Of a DNA stretch of 64,000 nt, positions 26,420 through 39,256 are shown in pieces (position 1 is the first letter of the stretch; the number at the start of each line of letters is the position of its first letter). Under the pieces are notes generated by a model. That model was not told the origin of the DNA. It was given only the letters and a program-made list of their open reading frames with translations, and did not search any database. Source of the DNA: Mobula hypostoma. Taxonomy: Eukaryota. The DNA is taken from positions 187,614,001 to 187,678,000 of the forward strand of contig NC_086097.1 of NCBI RefSeq assembly GCF_963921235.1, read 5' to 3'. The position numbers were made by a program, and so were the translations under genes.

Positions 26420-27716
26420 TTCAAAGTTCAAAGTAAATTTATTATCAATGTACATATACGTCACCACATACAACACAGTTTATACATTTTCTTGTGGACA
26501 TACTGAATAAATCCAACAACCATAATGGAATCAATGAAAGACTGCACCAACAGGGCAAACAACTATGTGCAAAAAACAAGTTGTCCAAATATAAAAAGAA
26601 AGGAGAAAATAATAATAGTAATAATAAATAAGCAATGAATATTGAGAACATGAGATAAAGAGTCCTTGAAAGTGAGTCCATGGGTTGTGTGAAGAGTTCA
26701 GTAATGGGGTAGGTGAAGTTCAGTAAAGTTATCCTCTCTGGTTCAAGAGTCTGATGGTTGAGGGGTAGTAACTGTTGGTGTGAGTCCTGAGACTCTTGCA
26801 CTTTTCTTGTAATAGGAGCAGCAAGAAGAGAGCATGACCTGAATGGTGGGGTCCCTGATGATGGAAGTTTTTTTTTCCCCACGACAATGCTCTGTGTAGA
26901 TGTGCTCAATGGTGGGGGGGGGGGGCAGGGGGCTGTACCCATGATGGACTGGGATATATCCACTACTCTTTGCAGGAGTTTCCATTCAAGGGAATTGCTG
27001 TTGTCTTACCAGGCTCTGATGCAGCCAGTCTATATACTTTCCACCACATATCTATAGACATTTGTAAATTTTTTAGAATACATGCCAAATCCTTCCTAAC
27101 ATCTGTGGAGGTAGATGCGTTGCCTTCATAATTGCACTTACGTGCTGGGTCCAGGATAGCTCTTCTGAAATGACAACACTGAGAAATTTAAAGCTGCTGA
27201 ACCCTCTCTACCTCTGATCCCCTGATGAGGACTGGCTCATGGTCCACTGGTTTCCTCCTCCTGAAGTCAGTAATCAGCTCCTTGGACTTGCTGACATTGC
27301 GTAAGAGGTCGTTGTGGCACCACTCAGCCAGAGTTTCAATCTCCCTCCTATATGCTGATTCATCGCCACCTTTGATTCAGCCAACAACAGTGGTGTTGTC
27401 AGCAAACATAAATGTGACATTGGAGTTGTGCTTAGCCACAGAGTCCTAAGTGTAAAGCGAGTAGAGCAGGGGGCCAAGCACACCGCTTTGTGGTTCCCCT
27501 GTGCTGTTTGAGATTGTGGAAGAGACATTGTTGCCAACCTGAACTTACTGGGGTCTGCAAATGAGAAAATAAAGGATCTAATTTCACAAGGAGGTATTGA
27601 GGCCAAGGTCTTGAAGCTTATTGATTAGTTTTGAGGGGATGATAGTATTGAATGCCGAGCTGTAGTCAATAAAAAGTATCTTGATGTGTGCATCTTTGCT
27701 GTCCAGATGTTCCAGG
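26420..27716 (-). mobile_element. Rex1/Babar-type LINE, 5'-truncated
   Basis: TTCAAAGTTCAAAGT tail. RT remnants include FADN, KSKELITDFRR and PTIEHIYTEHC. Confidence 0.88.
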
Positions 27717-29055
27717 ATTTTACTTCTACACCACCCCGGCAGCGCGTTCCAAGCACCCATCAGTCTGTATAAAACCTACCTTTAATAGTACTCCATGGTT
27801 TCCTCCAATCTCTTCAAAATTATACCCTCTTGTTGTATCCATTTCAGCCCTAGGAAAAAGTTGCTGGCTGTCCACTCTATCTATGCCTGTTATCATCTTA
27901 CAGTATACACCTCTATCAAGTCACCTCACGTCCTTCAGTGCTCCAAAGAGAAAAGCCTGAGCGCACTCAACTTATCCTCACAAGACATGCTCTCTTATCC
28001 ACGCAGCATTCTGATAAATCTACTCTACACTCTTTCTAAAGCTTTCACATCCTTTTTATAATGAGGTAACTGGAAATGAGCGCAATGCTCCAAATGTACT
28101 CTAAACGGTTTTATAGAGTTTAAACATTACCTCACAGCTTTGAATTCAGTCCCCTTTCAAGTGAAGGCCAACACACCATATGCCTTCTGAAACCCTCTAT
28201 CAACTTGTGTGGCAACTTTGAGGGATCTATGGCTGTGATCTCTCTGTTTTCCTGCCATTAGCCATGTACTCTGCTGTCAAATTACCATCAAGGAGGAAGT
28301 ACAGGAGCCTGAAAACATACAGCCAATGTTTTAGGAGCAGCTTCTTCTCTACCACCATCAAATTTCTGAATGGTCAATGAACACTTGTACGCTACCTCAC
28401 TATATTTTTCTCTTTTTTTTTGCTCTCTTTTTGCATTACTTATTAAATATAAATGTAATATTTACTGTATATGTATTTATATTGTCATTTATAGGTTTTT
28501 ACATTATGTATTGCAATGTACTGCTGCCACAAAACAACAAATTCTGTGACATATGCCAGTGATATTAAACCAGATTCTGATTCTGATTCTGATTCTGACC
28601 TTCCAAAGTGTATCACTTTACACGTCTCTGGATTGAACACCATCTACCACTTCTCAGCCCAGCTCTTCATCCTATCAATGGCCCATCATAATCTCCATCA
28701 ATCTTTTAAACTTTCTACAACACCACCAACCTTCATATTATCTGCAACTTGACTAACAAACCCTTCTACTTCCTCATCCAAGTAATTTATAGAAATCACA
28801 AAGAGAAGGGGTCCCAGAGCAGTTACCTGCAGAACACCAAAGGTGACCTACCTTTAAGCAGAATATGCTCATCTTCTAACACCCTCTGCCTTCTTTGGGC
28901 AACACAATTCCGAATCCACGCAACCAAGTTACCTTGGATTCCCTGCCTCCTGACTCTCTGAATGAGCCTACCATTTTGAACACCATGTTAAAATCCATAT
29001 CCACCACCATCCACTGCTCTACCTTCATCATCTGTTTTGTCACTTCCTTACTAAA
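27717..29055 (-). mobile_element. Old CR1 RT fragment with internal deletions, split by an insertion at 28282-28598
   Basis: ORF 28876-29073 has EVTKQMMKVEQWMVVDMDF. The host reads through the insertion as CTGTCAAATT/TGACCTTCCAAAGTG. Confidence 0.75.
28282..28598 (+). mobile_element. Rex1/Babar-type LINE 3' end with (GATTCT)n tail
   Basis: TTACCATCAAGGAGGAAGTACAGGAGCCTGAAAAC at the start; ATTAAACCAGATTCTGATTCTGATTCTGATTCTGA at the end. Confidence 0.85.
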
Positions 29056-29156
29056 TTCGCCTTCAATTCTCATTCAGTTCTCTAAATATTCCTGACATTC
29101 TCCCGAGTCAGAGAGTCATTCACTGACTATGATCTTCATCCCATCAACTGACCATG

Positions 29157-29378
29157 CATTCCCATCAACCTCCCCCAGATTTTGACACTTTCCAAGAGAT
29201 TGGAGGACAATTTACGGTGCTAATTAACCTATCAACATGCACCAAGGATTCATTAACACAAATCGTACATTAATCCTACTTTGTTGTCCTTGCGTTCCCA
29301 TCAACTTCCCCCAGATTTTAACACTTTCCAAGAGATTAGGGGACAATTTATGGTGATAATTAGCCTACCAGCATGCAC
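29157..29378. repeat. Imperfect direct duplication of about 85 bp
   Basis: TTCCCATCAACYTCCCCCAGATTTTRACACTTTCCAAGAGATT..CATGCAC at about 29157-29241 and 29292-29377. Confidence 0.85.
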
Positions 29379-29525
29379 ACTTTGGGTTTGAGAGGAAACT
29401 GGAACAGTTGGAGGAAAAGCATGCAGTCACAGGAAGTTTGTGCAAACTTGTAACAAACAAGACCGGAAGTCAGGGTTGAAACCAGCTCACTGGAGCTGTT
29501 ACGGAGAAGCTCTAACCATCACAAT
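29330..29525 (-). mobile_element. V-domain SINE, decayed
   Basis: CTTTGGG..GAGAGGAAACTGGAACAGTTGGAGGAAAAGCATGCAGTCACAGG..GTGCAAACT, followed by a tRNA-like head (GGGTTGAAACC). Confidence 0.65.
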
Positions 29526-31434
29526 CGGCCACTTTCTACTCTCAAAAGCACAATGGTCCCAGCCAAGTTTTATTTAATTTCATCCATCCATTCCTCCAAT
29601 TTCTCTCTTCTTCCAAAGCTCTTCGCTCTTTTCCTGATGCTGAAATATTGCTTCTAGCTATGTTCCATATTGATCCATCTCCATCATAAGAGATCATTCT
29701 GATTCCTTCTATTACTTCTTTATTACCTCCTTCCTTTATTTTTTTTTCTCCATTCACCTGGTATTATTACAGTGGAGTAAAGGGAATTGCGGAGACGTGA
29801 GAGAGAAGTGAGCCAGAATTGATTGGAAAAGAATACTGACCGGGATGATGATGGATTGAAATGGCTAGAATTCCTGGAAGTAATTTGGAAGGCACAGGAT
29901 ATATACATCCCAAAGAGGAAGTATTCTAAGACAAAATGACACTACCAAGGTTAACAAGAGAAGTCAAAGCCAACATAAAAGCCAAAGGAGGGTATATAAT
30001 AGAGGAAAAATTAGTGGGAAGTTAGAGGGTTGGGAAGCTTTTGAAAACCAACAGAAAGCAAAAAAAAAGTCATGAAGAGGAAAAGATGAGATATGAAAGA
30101 AAGCTAGCCAATAATATTAAAGAGGATACCGAAAGCTTCTTCAGATACGTAAAATGTAAAAGAGAGGGGAGAGTGGATATCAGGCCACTGGAAAACGATG
30201 CTGGACAGATAGTAATGTGGCCCAAACTAAATAAGTGTTTTGTATCAGTCTTCATTTTAGAAGTCACTTTCAGTATGATGGAAGCTCCAGGTGTCAGGAA
30301 TCATGAAGTGTGTGACACTATCATTACTAGAGAAGTGGTTCTTGGGAAACTGAAAAGTCTGAGGGTAGATAAAACACCTGGACCAGATGGTGTACACACC
30401 AGGGTTCCAAAAGAGGTGGCTGAAGAGACTGCGGAGGTATTAGTAATGCTCTTTCAAGAATCATTAGATTCTGGAATGGTTCCAGAAGACTGGAAGATTG
30501 CAAATGTCACTCCACACTTCAAGAAGGAAGAGAGATAGAAGAAAGGAAACTGTAGGCCAGTTAGTCTAATCTCAGTGTTTGAGAAGATGTCAAAGTCAAC
30601 TATTAAGGATGAGGTCTCAGGTTACTTGTTGACACTTGAAAAAATAGGCCATAGACAGCATGGTTTTCTCAAGGGAAAATTTTGCCTGACAGACAAATCT
30701 GTTAGAATTCTTTTCAGAAATAACAGCAGGATAGACAAACGAGAATCGGATGATGTTGTATACTTGGATTTTCAGGAGGCCCTTGACAAGGTGCCACACA
30801 TGAGGCTGCTTAACAAGCTACGAGCCCATGGTATTGCAGGAAAGATTCTAATATGGTTAAATCAGTGGCTGATTGGCAAGAGGCAAAGAGTTGGAATAAA
30901 GGGAGCCTCTTCTGGTTAGCTACCAGTGACTAGTGGTGTTCTGCAGGGGTCTGTATTGGGACCACTTCTTTTTACATTATATGTCAATGATTTGGATGAT
31001 GGAATTGATGGCTTTGTCGCAAAGTTTGCAGACAATATGAAGATAAGTGCAAGGGCAGGTAGTTTTAAGGAAGTAGAGAGTCTACAGAAGAATTTAGACA
31101 GATTAGGAGAATGGGCAAAGAAATGGCAGATGGAATATAGTGTTGGGAAGTGTATGGTCATGCACTTTTTTTTTTAGAAGAAATGTAAGTGTTGACTATT
31201 TTCTAAATAGAAATTACAAAAAAACTGAGACACAAAGGGACCTGGGAGTCCTTGTGCAGGATTCTCTATAGGTTATTTTGCAAGTTGAGACTATGGTGAG
31301 GAAGGCAAATGGAACTTTAGCATTCATTTCAAAAGGACTAGAATATACAAGCAAGGATGTAATGTTGGGACTTTATAGTCATAGTCATACTTTATTGATC
31401 CTGGGGGAAATTGCTTTTCGTTACAGTTGCACCA

Positions 31435-31562
31435 TAAATAATAAATAGTAATAGAAATAGTAATAGTAATATTACTATTAGTAAATAGTAATAGTCATAG
31501 AAATAATAAATAATAATAGAATAGTAATAGAAAATAGTAATAAATAGTTAAATAGTAATATG
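31435..31562. repeat. Degenerate (AATAGT)n microsatellite in the Rex1 3' UTR
   Basis: Repeated AATAGT/AATAAT units over about 125 bp. Confidence 0.85.
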
Positions 31563-31579
31563 TAAATTATGCCAGTAAG

Positions 31580-33061
31580 TTATGAAATAAGTCCAGGACC
31601 AGCCAATCGGCTCAGGGTGTCTGACCCTCCAAGGGAGGAGTTGTAAAGTTTGATGGCCACAGGCAGGAATGACTTCCTATGACGTTCTGTGCTGCATCTC
31701 GGAGGAATGAGTCTCTGGCTGAATGTACTCCTGTGCCCACCCAGTACATTATGTAGTGGATGGGAGACATTGACCAAGATGGCATGCAACTTAGACAGCA
31801 TCCTCTTTTCAGACACCACCGTGAGAGAGTCCATTTCCATCCCCACAACATCACTGGCCTTACGAATGAGTTTGTTGATTCTGTTGGTGTCTGCTACCCT
31901 CAGTCTGCTGCCCCAGCACACAACAGCAAACATGTTAGCACTGGCCACCACAGACTCGTAGAACATCCTCAGCATCGTCCGGCAGATGTTAAAGGACCTC
32001 AGTCTCCTCAGGAAATAAAGACGGCTCTGACCCTTCTTGTAGACAGCCTCAATGTTCTTAGACTAGTCCAGTTTATTGTCAATTTGTATCCCCAGGTATT
32101 TGTAATTCTCCACCATGTCCACACTGACCCCCTGGATGGAAACAGAGGTCACCGGTACCTTAGCTCTCCTCAGGTCTACCACCAGCTCCTTAGTCTTTTT
32201 CACATTAAGCTGCAGATAATTCTGCTCACACCATGTGACAAAGTTTCCTACCGTAGCCCTGTACTCAGCCTCATCTCCCTTGCTGATGCATCCAACTATG
32301 GCAGAGTCATCAGAAAACTTCTGAAGATGACAAGACTCTGTACAGTAGTTGAAGTCTGAGGTGTAAATAGTGAAGAGAAAGGGAGACAAGACAGTCCCCT
32401 GTGGAGCCCCAGTGCTGCTGATCACTCTGCCGGACACACAGTGTTGCAAGCACACGTACTGTGGTCTGCCAGTCAGGTAATCAAGAATCCATGATACCAG
32501 GGAAGTATCCACCTGCATCGCTGTCAGCTTCTCCCCCAGCAGAGCAGGGCAGATGGTGTTGAACGCACTGAAGAAGTCAAAAAACATGACCCTCACAGTG
32601 CTCACTGGCTTGTCCAGGTGGGCGTAGACACGGTTCAGCAGGTAGACGATGGCATCCTCAACTCCTAGTCGGGGCTGGAGGGGATCTAAGTGTGGCCTGA
32701 TCATAGGCTGGAGCAGCTCCAGAACAAGTCTCTCCAGGGTCTTCATGATGTGGGAGGTCAATGCCACCGGTCTGTAGTCATTAAGGCCACTGGGGCGCAG
32801 CATCTTCGGCACAGGGACCAGGCAGGACATCTTCCACAGTACAGGAGCCCTCCGGAGCCTCAGGCTCATGATGAATACATGGCGAAGTACTCCACATAGC
32901 TGAGGGGCACAGGCTTTGAGCACCCTGGTACTGACACCATCCGGTCCTGCAGCCTTGCTTGGGTTGAGATGTTTCAGCTGTCTTCTCACCTGTTCAGCCG
33001 TGAAGCCCACCGTGGTGGTTTTGTGTGGGGGAGGGGTATGGTCATGAGTGCAGGGTGGGGG
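31580..33061 (-). pseudogene. Rex1/Babar reverse transcriptase, one internal stop
   Basis: KAAGPDG, NDYRPVALTS, FFDFFSAFNT, GAPQGTVLSP and KFSDD. TAG at 32063-32065, after which the same frame continues to 31580. Confidence 0.93.
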
Positions 33062-34393
33062 ATAAAGCACCGATGAGGCCTCACTTGAAGTATTGTGAGC
33101 AGTTTTGGTCCCCTTATCTTTGAAAGGATGTGCTGAAACTGGAGAGGGTTCAAAAGAGATTCATGAAAATGGTTCCAGGATTGAATGGCTTGTCATATGA
33201 AGAACGTTTGATGGCTCTGGGTCTGTATTCACTAGAATTCAGAAGAACGAGGGTGACCTCATTGAAACCTATTGAATGGTAAAAGGCCTTCTTTAGAGTC
33301 GATGTGGAGATAATGCTTCATATGGTGAGACAGTCTAAGACCAGAGGACACAGCCTCAGAATAGAGGGTTTTAGAATGGAGATGAGAAATTTCTTTAGCC
33401 AGAGAGTTGTGTATCTGTGGAATTCTTTGCCACAGGCAGCTGTGGAGGCCAAGTCTTTATGTCTATTTAAGGTAGAGGTTGATAGATTCTTGATTGGTCA
33501 AGGCATGAAGGGATACGGGGAGAAAGTAGGAGATCGGGCTGAGAAGAAAATTTGATCAGCCATGATGAAATGACGGAGCACTCTCGATGGCCCAAATGGT
33601 CTGGTTATGCTATCTTTTGGTCTTATGGTATTCCTCTCTTCTCCTCTCCTTTTCACTGCTCCTTTCATTTTTTCTCCTCTTTACAGTTAACTTTGGGTCA
33701 TTGATATCACCTTTGCTCGGAATCATAGCATGGTGTACACAAAGCCTTTAAACTGCCTGTTACTGGCAGAGCAGAATACAACAAGGAAGATATACTACTT
33801 CATATGGAAACAACCCCCGGCGTAGTCTAAAGTTCAGCTCTCTGAAAACTGAATTTTGCAAGAAGCTCTTTTCCCCCAGGACCCAATTAATCATATTAGA
33901 AGACATATTTAGTTCAATTTGTAGCTATCAATGTTGCCACGGTGAAATTTTCCATTTGGAAATTGTCTAAATATTAGAATTTGCTTATCTTGGTACTTGG
34001 TGCATGCATATATCTAATGCTAATCCCATTGTCTCATTATTTGCTGAGCCTTTTCTGTTGTCTAGAATGTCTTTTGTCTAAAATATTTAAACCTGATGAT
34101 TTATTAGAAATATGAATGGAATTATCATTTTAATGAAGCTCTAGGTTTATTCAGTCTCCGGCAACTCATCAGTAAAAATGTAGGTGTGGGCAATAAGTAA
34201 ATTTGTAAATTAGACAGCCTGATAGACCAAAGAAATCATTACAATGATTTCTAAGGCTTGCCACACAGTGGGAACAGGGTAACAATGCACAATGGATAAC
34301 ACTTCTGTAGCTAATTGCATTGTCCACTGAGACAATCAGTGAGCAGCCTGAACAGCTGCCATACTTGATAAGAGGAATATTTGGAGTTATAAT

Positions 34394-35805
34394 CTGCTTC
34401 AATGACTATCATCCAGTAGCACATACACGCACTGTGATGAAGTGCTTTGAGAGTTTGATGTTGAAACAGCATATCAACTCCTGCCTCAGACGTGGCTTGG
34501 ATCAGCTCCAATTTGCCTACCATCATAGCAGGTCAACAGCAGATGCTATTTCATTGGCTCTTCACACAACCCTGGAATATCTGAACAGTGAAGATGCATA
34601 CATCAGCATGTTCTTCATAGACTACAGTTCAGCTTTGAAAACTATTATCTCCTCAAAGCTATCCATTAAGCATCAAAACCTTGACCTCAATACCTCCTTG
34701 TGCAATGAGATCCTGAATTTCCTCACTTGCACACTCCACTCATTTCAGACTGGCAACAACATCTCCTCCAAAATCTCCATCAGTATAGCAGCACTACAAG
34801 GCTGTGTGCTTGCCTAGTGCTCTGCTCACTTTATGCTTGTGACTGTGAGTCTAAGCACTGCTCCAATGCCATAATTAAGGTCGCTGCTAGCACCACTGTC
34901 ATTGGCCGAATCAAAGGTGACGACGAATCAACATGTAGGATGGAGATTGAAAATCTGGCTGGGTGATCCACAATCTCTCATTCAAAGTCAGCAAGACCAA
35001 GGAGCTGTTTATTGACTTCAGGATGAAGAAACTGGAGGTCCATGAGCCAGCCCTGACTGGGGGATCAGAGGTGGAGAGGGGCAGAAGCTTTAAATTCTTT
35101 GGTGTAATCATTTCAGAGGATCTGTCCTGGGTCCAGCATGTAAGTGCCTCTACTTTCTTAAAGGTTTGCAAAGACTCAGCATGTCATCTAAAACTTTGAC
35201 AAACTTCTGTATATGCGTTATGGATATTTGTTGGATCGTTAGTTCATGGCCTGGTATGGAAACACAAATGCCCTTGGATGGAAAGTCCTGCAAAAAGTAG
35301 TGGATACTGCCTCGTCCATCACAGGTCAGGCCTTCCTCTCCATTGAGCCCATCTACACGGAGTGCTGTCGCAGTAATAGCATCCATCTTCAAGGACCCAC
35401 CAACAAGGCAACAGTCTCTTCTTGCTGCTGCCATTAGGAAGAAGGTAGAGGAGCCTCAGGACTCACATCACCAGGCTCAGGCTTAGGGGACAACTTCATT
35501 CAACTTCACTCCCCCTATCACTAAACCATTCCCACAATTTATGGATTCACTTTCAATGACTCTTTATCTCATGTTTTCAATATTTATTGCTTATTTAGTT
35601 TTTTTTTCTCCCTGTCTTTTTATATTTGCACAGTTTGTTGTTGTTTTTTGCATCACGGTTGTCTGTCCATGCTATTGGGCGCAATCTTTCATTGATTTTA
35701 TTGTGTTTCTTGTATTTTTGATTGCCCACAAGAAAACCAGTCTCTGGGTTGTATATGGTGACATACATGTACTTTGATAAGAAATTTTTATTTTGAACTT
35801 TGAAC
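34394..35805 (+). mobile_element. Rex1/Babar-type LINE, 5'-truncated
   Basis: ORF 34320-34817 has CFNDYHPVA..MKCFE..LDQLQFAYHHSRSTADAISLALH..FIDYSSA. Ends TTTGAACTTTGAAC. Confidence 0.9.
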
Positions 35806-36729
35806 ATTGTTAATTGGAGCTCTATTAGCTGAATGACAGCTGTTGACCAAGCAGGGTGGAACACGTATTGGCAATGTATTCACAATGTCGTCATAATAGC
35901 ACATATTGACTTGTATTCACATACCACATGGCACATAATGATGATGAGCGTTCACATGGTGTTCCAGATGAAGAGAACCCTTCAGTTTTGGAAGGTGAGG
36001 AGGAACAGGAATTTTTATCTCAGCTGCTCTCGTCCAACCTTGACAGTTGTTGCTTTGTCCTCCCCCCATAGTAAGCCAGAACCACCACAGGAATCTCAGG
36101 ATGGCTCAAAATTGAATTTTGTGGCAAAGTCCAATCCGGACCAATACTGGACCATCGTGGTGTCGTGACTGATATTGGACGTGCTTGGTACCTAATCCTC
36201 TGTTCTTCAGTACACAGTAATAACCTTTTGCTGTTTCAATGTTTCAAAGTGCTCTGTAATAACCTGAAGCTGCAAAGTGCTGACAACAGGCATTCTCAAT
36301 GATCCATTGCAGACGATTTGTTCTGAATTGAAAAATCACAGCATTTATAGTGATCAAATACAACTTCGGATCATACTGAAGAATTACTTTGCTTTCTATC
36401 TGTAGCAACATTATGTATACTTACATAAAGAATGTGTTATTAAATTTGTTAGCCATGATAAAAGGAGACTGAATGATCACTGCTGCAGGGACATACCTGA
36501 AATTGCTTTATCTTTCTTTGGCACATGTTGAACACATTGAAACCTCATTTATAGGAGCAACATCTTTCTCCACAAGGGTTGCCAAAGTCAGTGTTGGAAA
36601 GTTCCATCAACTTGCCACTGTTGACAAATATGTTGTCAAACCATCAGCTATTTTATTAAGCCTCTTGGGTAAGATGAATAATTAATGCAAACTTCACCAG
36701 AAATGGTAACAGTGTTTCAAGATAAGTAT

Positions 36730-37000
36730 AGCATGGTAGCGTAGTGGCTAGCACAACACTTTATAGTACCAGCACCTGGGGTTCTTTCGCACTGCTGTGT
36801 GTAAGGAGTTTGTGCGTTTTCCCCATGACTGCGTAGGTTTCCTCTGGGTTTTCACCATAGTCCAAAGATGTATCGGTTAATTGCTCACTGTAAGTTGTCC
36901 ATAATTAGGCTAGGTTAAATTCGGGGTTGCTGGGCGGCTCAGGTCAAAGGGCAGGAAGGGTCTACTCCCCCCTGCATCTCAATAAATAAATATAAATAAA
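36730..37000 (+). mobile_element. tRNA-derived V-domain SINE (HE1-like)
   Basis: Box A TAGCGTAGTGG, V domain GGAGTTTGTGCGTTTTCCCCATGACTGCGTAGGTTTCCTC..TCCAAAGATGT, and an (AATA)n tail. Confidence 0.8.
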
Positions 37001-37097
37001 ACAAACATGAAACAGAACAACTGCCAAGCAATCTGTTAAGTAAAAGATCATCTGCTTGTGATGCAATCAGTTGATACTATGATGGCTGACAAAATAG

Positions 37098-38815
37098 ATC
37101 AGAATCAGAATCAGGTTTAATATCGATGACATATGTCATGAAATTTGTCAAATTTAGTGACAGCAGTACAATGCAGTACATGATAATGTAGAAAAAAAAA
37201 TAAGCCAATTGCAGTAGGTATATATCAGCCAATAAAGCGAGGAGTCAGACAGGGTTGTGTTCTATCACTAGACCTGTTCTCCCTGTACAGTGAAAACATC
37301 ATGAGAACCATACAAGACCTACCTGGAATAAGTATAGGAGGATACAATATCAACAACCTCCGCTATGCGGATGATACAGTACTGATAGCAAACAGTGAAG
37401 TAAATTTACAGAAACTAGTATCTACCATCAACGCAGAGAGCAAAGGACTTGGCCTAACCTTAAATTAAAAAGAAAACTGAAGTAATGGTAATATCAAAGA
37501 AACCTGATATCCCAAACTGTAGGATCGTATTGGGAAATGAAATCCTGAAACAAGTTCACAACTTCAAGTACCTTGGATCATGGGTAACATCTGATGGCAA
37601 ATGCGAAACAGACGTAAAAGCAAGACTAGCAATGACAAGAACAGCATTTACAGAAATGAGAAACATCCTAATGAACAAGAAAATAGCAATTGACATTTGC
37701 CTTAGAACTCTCAGCTGCTACATTCTTCCTATATTGATGTATGGCTGCAAGTCATGGACCATCACAAATGCAATGGAAAAAATAATCAATGCAGCAGAGA
37801 TGTGGTTCCTCAGAAGAATGCTATGTATATCATATACGGACAGGATAACCAACAAAGAAGTTCTACAGAGAACGGAAACAAAACGTACATTACTTAAGAA
37901 AATCAGAAAACAGCAATCAAAATTCTTTGGACACATCATGCGAAGAGAGACATTAGAACATTCAGTTACAACTGGAAAGCTGGAAGGAAAAAGAAGCAGA
38001 GGCAGACAGAGAATGAAAATGATAGATGGAATAACATCATGATTAGAAACAGGGAAACAGGGGAGGGAACAACTCCAATTCGGAGGGTCAGGGACCGTGA
38101 TGGATGGAGGGACATGATCGCCCACGCCGAACAGCAAGGCATCTGAATGAATGAATATATGTGTATATTAAATAGTCAAATTAAAAATAGTGCAGAAACA
38201 GAAATAATATAGAAAAGTGAGGTGGTGTTCATGGGCTCAGCGTCCATTTAGAAATGGGATGGCAGAGGGAAAGAAGCTGTTCCTGTTCGCTGAGCGCATG
38301 CCTTTAGGTTTCTGTACCTCCTACCTGATGGTAACAATGTCAAGAGATCATGCCGCCTCGCTGAGGCACCACTCCTTGAAGATGTCTTGGATACTACAGG
38401 GGCTAGTACCCAAGATAGAGCTGACTAATTTAATAACTTTCAGTAGGTTCTTTTGATCCTGTGCAGTAGCCCCTCCCCCACCCCAACCTCCATACCAGAC
38501 AGTAATGCAGCTGTTGGAATGTTCTCCATTGTACATCTGTAGCTTTTGAGTGTTTTAGGTGACAACACAGATTAAATCTCCTCAAACTATTAATGAAGTA
38601 TAGCCACTGTTTTGACAACCTTATAGCTGGATTGATATGCATTGATATGTTAGGACCAGGTTAGATCCGCAGAGATCTTGACACCCAGGAACTTGAAATT
38701 GCTCACTATCTCCACTTCTGATCCCTTTATGAGGATTGGTTTGTGTTCTCTTGTCTCGCCCTTCCTAAAGTCCACAATCAGCTTGTTGGTCTTACTGGCA
38801 TTGAGTGCAAGATTG
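37098..38815 (-). mobile_element. Rex1/Babar-type LINE 3' part, split by an RTE insertion
   Basis: ATCAGAATCAGAATCAGG tail; ORF pieces LNASKTNKLIVDFRKG and SIQDIFKEWCL. Confidence 0.85.
37226..38154 (+). mobile_element. Young RTE-clade LINE, 5'-truncated RT, with 6-bp TSD
   Basis: GVRQGCVLS..NNLRYADDTVL, a +1 frameshift near 37465, then FKYLGS..LMYGCKSWTI..EGKRSRGRQR. (TGAA)n tail. ATATAT at 37220-37225 and 38155-38160. Confidence 0.93.
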
Positions 38816-39197
38816 AGAACATCAATAGTCTTAATTATTTCTGATCTGTCAAATTGTTTCAAAATTCAGGTTTCAGGGATACAAATTTTGTGTCTCTTAT
38901 GTCATCTGCCAACCTCGCCTACATTTCCTATGGGACTGTGGACTAAATATTTGGATATATTTGGGCTGCAGAAAACTTCCTAAGAAACTTTCCAAGCATT
39001 ATACCAACAGGTTGGCACAATTATAGTGGCTGATCAGGGTGGCTAAGGGAGCAGCCACTAACTGTACAGCAGGAATACTTTATTGCTTAGACCACTTCAG
39101 TTGCTTTTTTCCATTTATGACTTCTACTGGTTCAGCATCCTTGAACATTTCTGTAATTGATATGCTACCTTTAATTCTGCTTTTTGTACAGCACTGG

Positions 39198-39256
39198 GTT
39201 TCTTCATGAATACATTGAGATGTTGATGAGATTTCTTCATGAATACATTGAGATGT
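39198..39256. repeat. Short tandem duplication (33-bp period)
   Basis: TTTCTTCATGAATACATTGAGATGT occurs twice. Confidence 0.85.

Larger units (their letters stand above)
31378..33061 (-). mobile_element. Young Rex1/Babar LINE, 5'-truncated, nested in CR1
   Basis: RT ORFs in a single frame. The 3' end reads AATAAAGTATGACTATGACTAT, and ATA is duplicated at 31375-31377 and 33062-33064. Confidence 0.95.
29755..33630 (+). mobile_element. CR1 LINE ORF2 (29755-31377 plus 33062-33630), split by a Rex1 insertion
   Basis: ORFs 30041-30538, 30575-30919, 30926-31177 and 33304-33555 are homologous to the 16.5-19.5 kb CR1. Tail TCTTTTGGTCTTATGG. Confidence 0.93.

Noticed and set aside
31760..32359. 199-aa plus-strand ORF (likewise 48130-48759 and 37718-38137 on the minus strand)
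   Set aside because: Antisense shadows of LINE RT frames.
35928..36071. Short acidic ORF MAHNDDERSHGVPDEENPSVLEGEEEQEF..
   Set aside because: 47 aa with no motif or splice support; could be chance or an unrecognised transposon relic.
36730..36800. tRNA genes here and at 58169 and 61657
   Set aside because: These are tRNA-like SINE heads with no complete cloverleaf, followed by SINE bodies.
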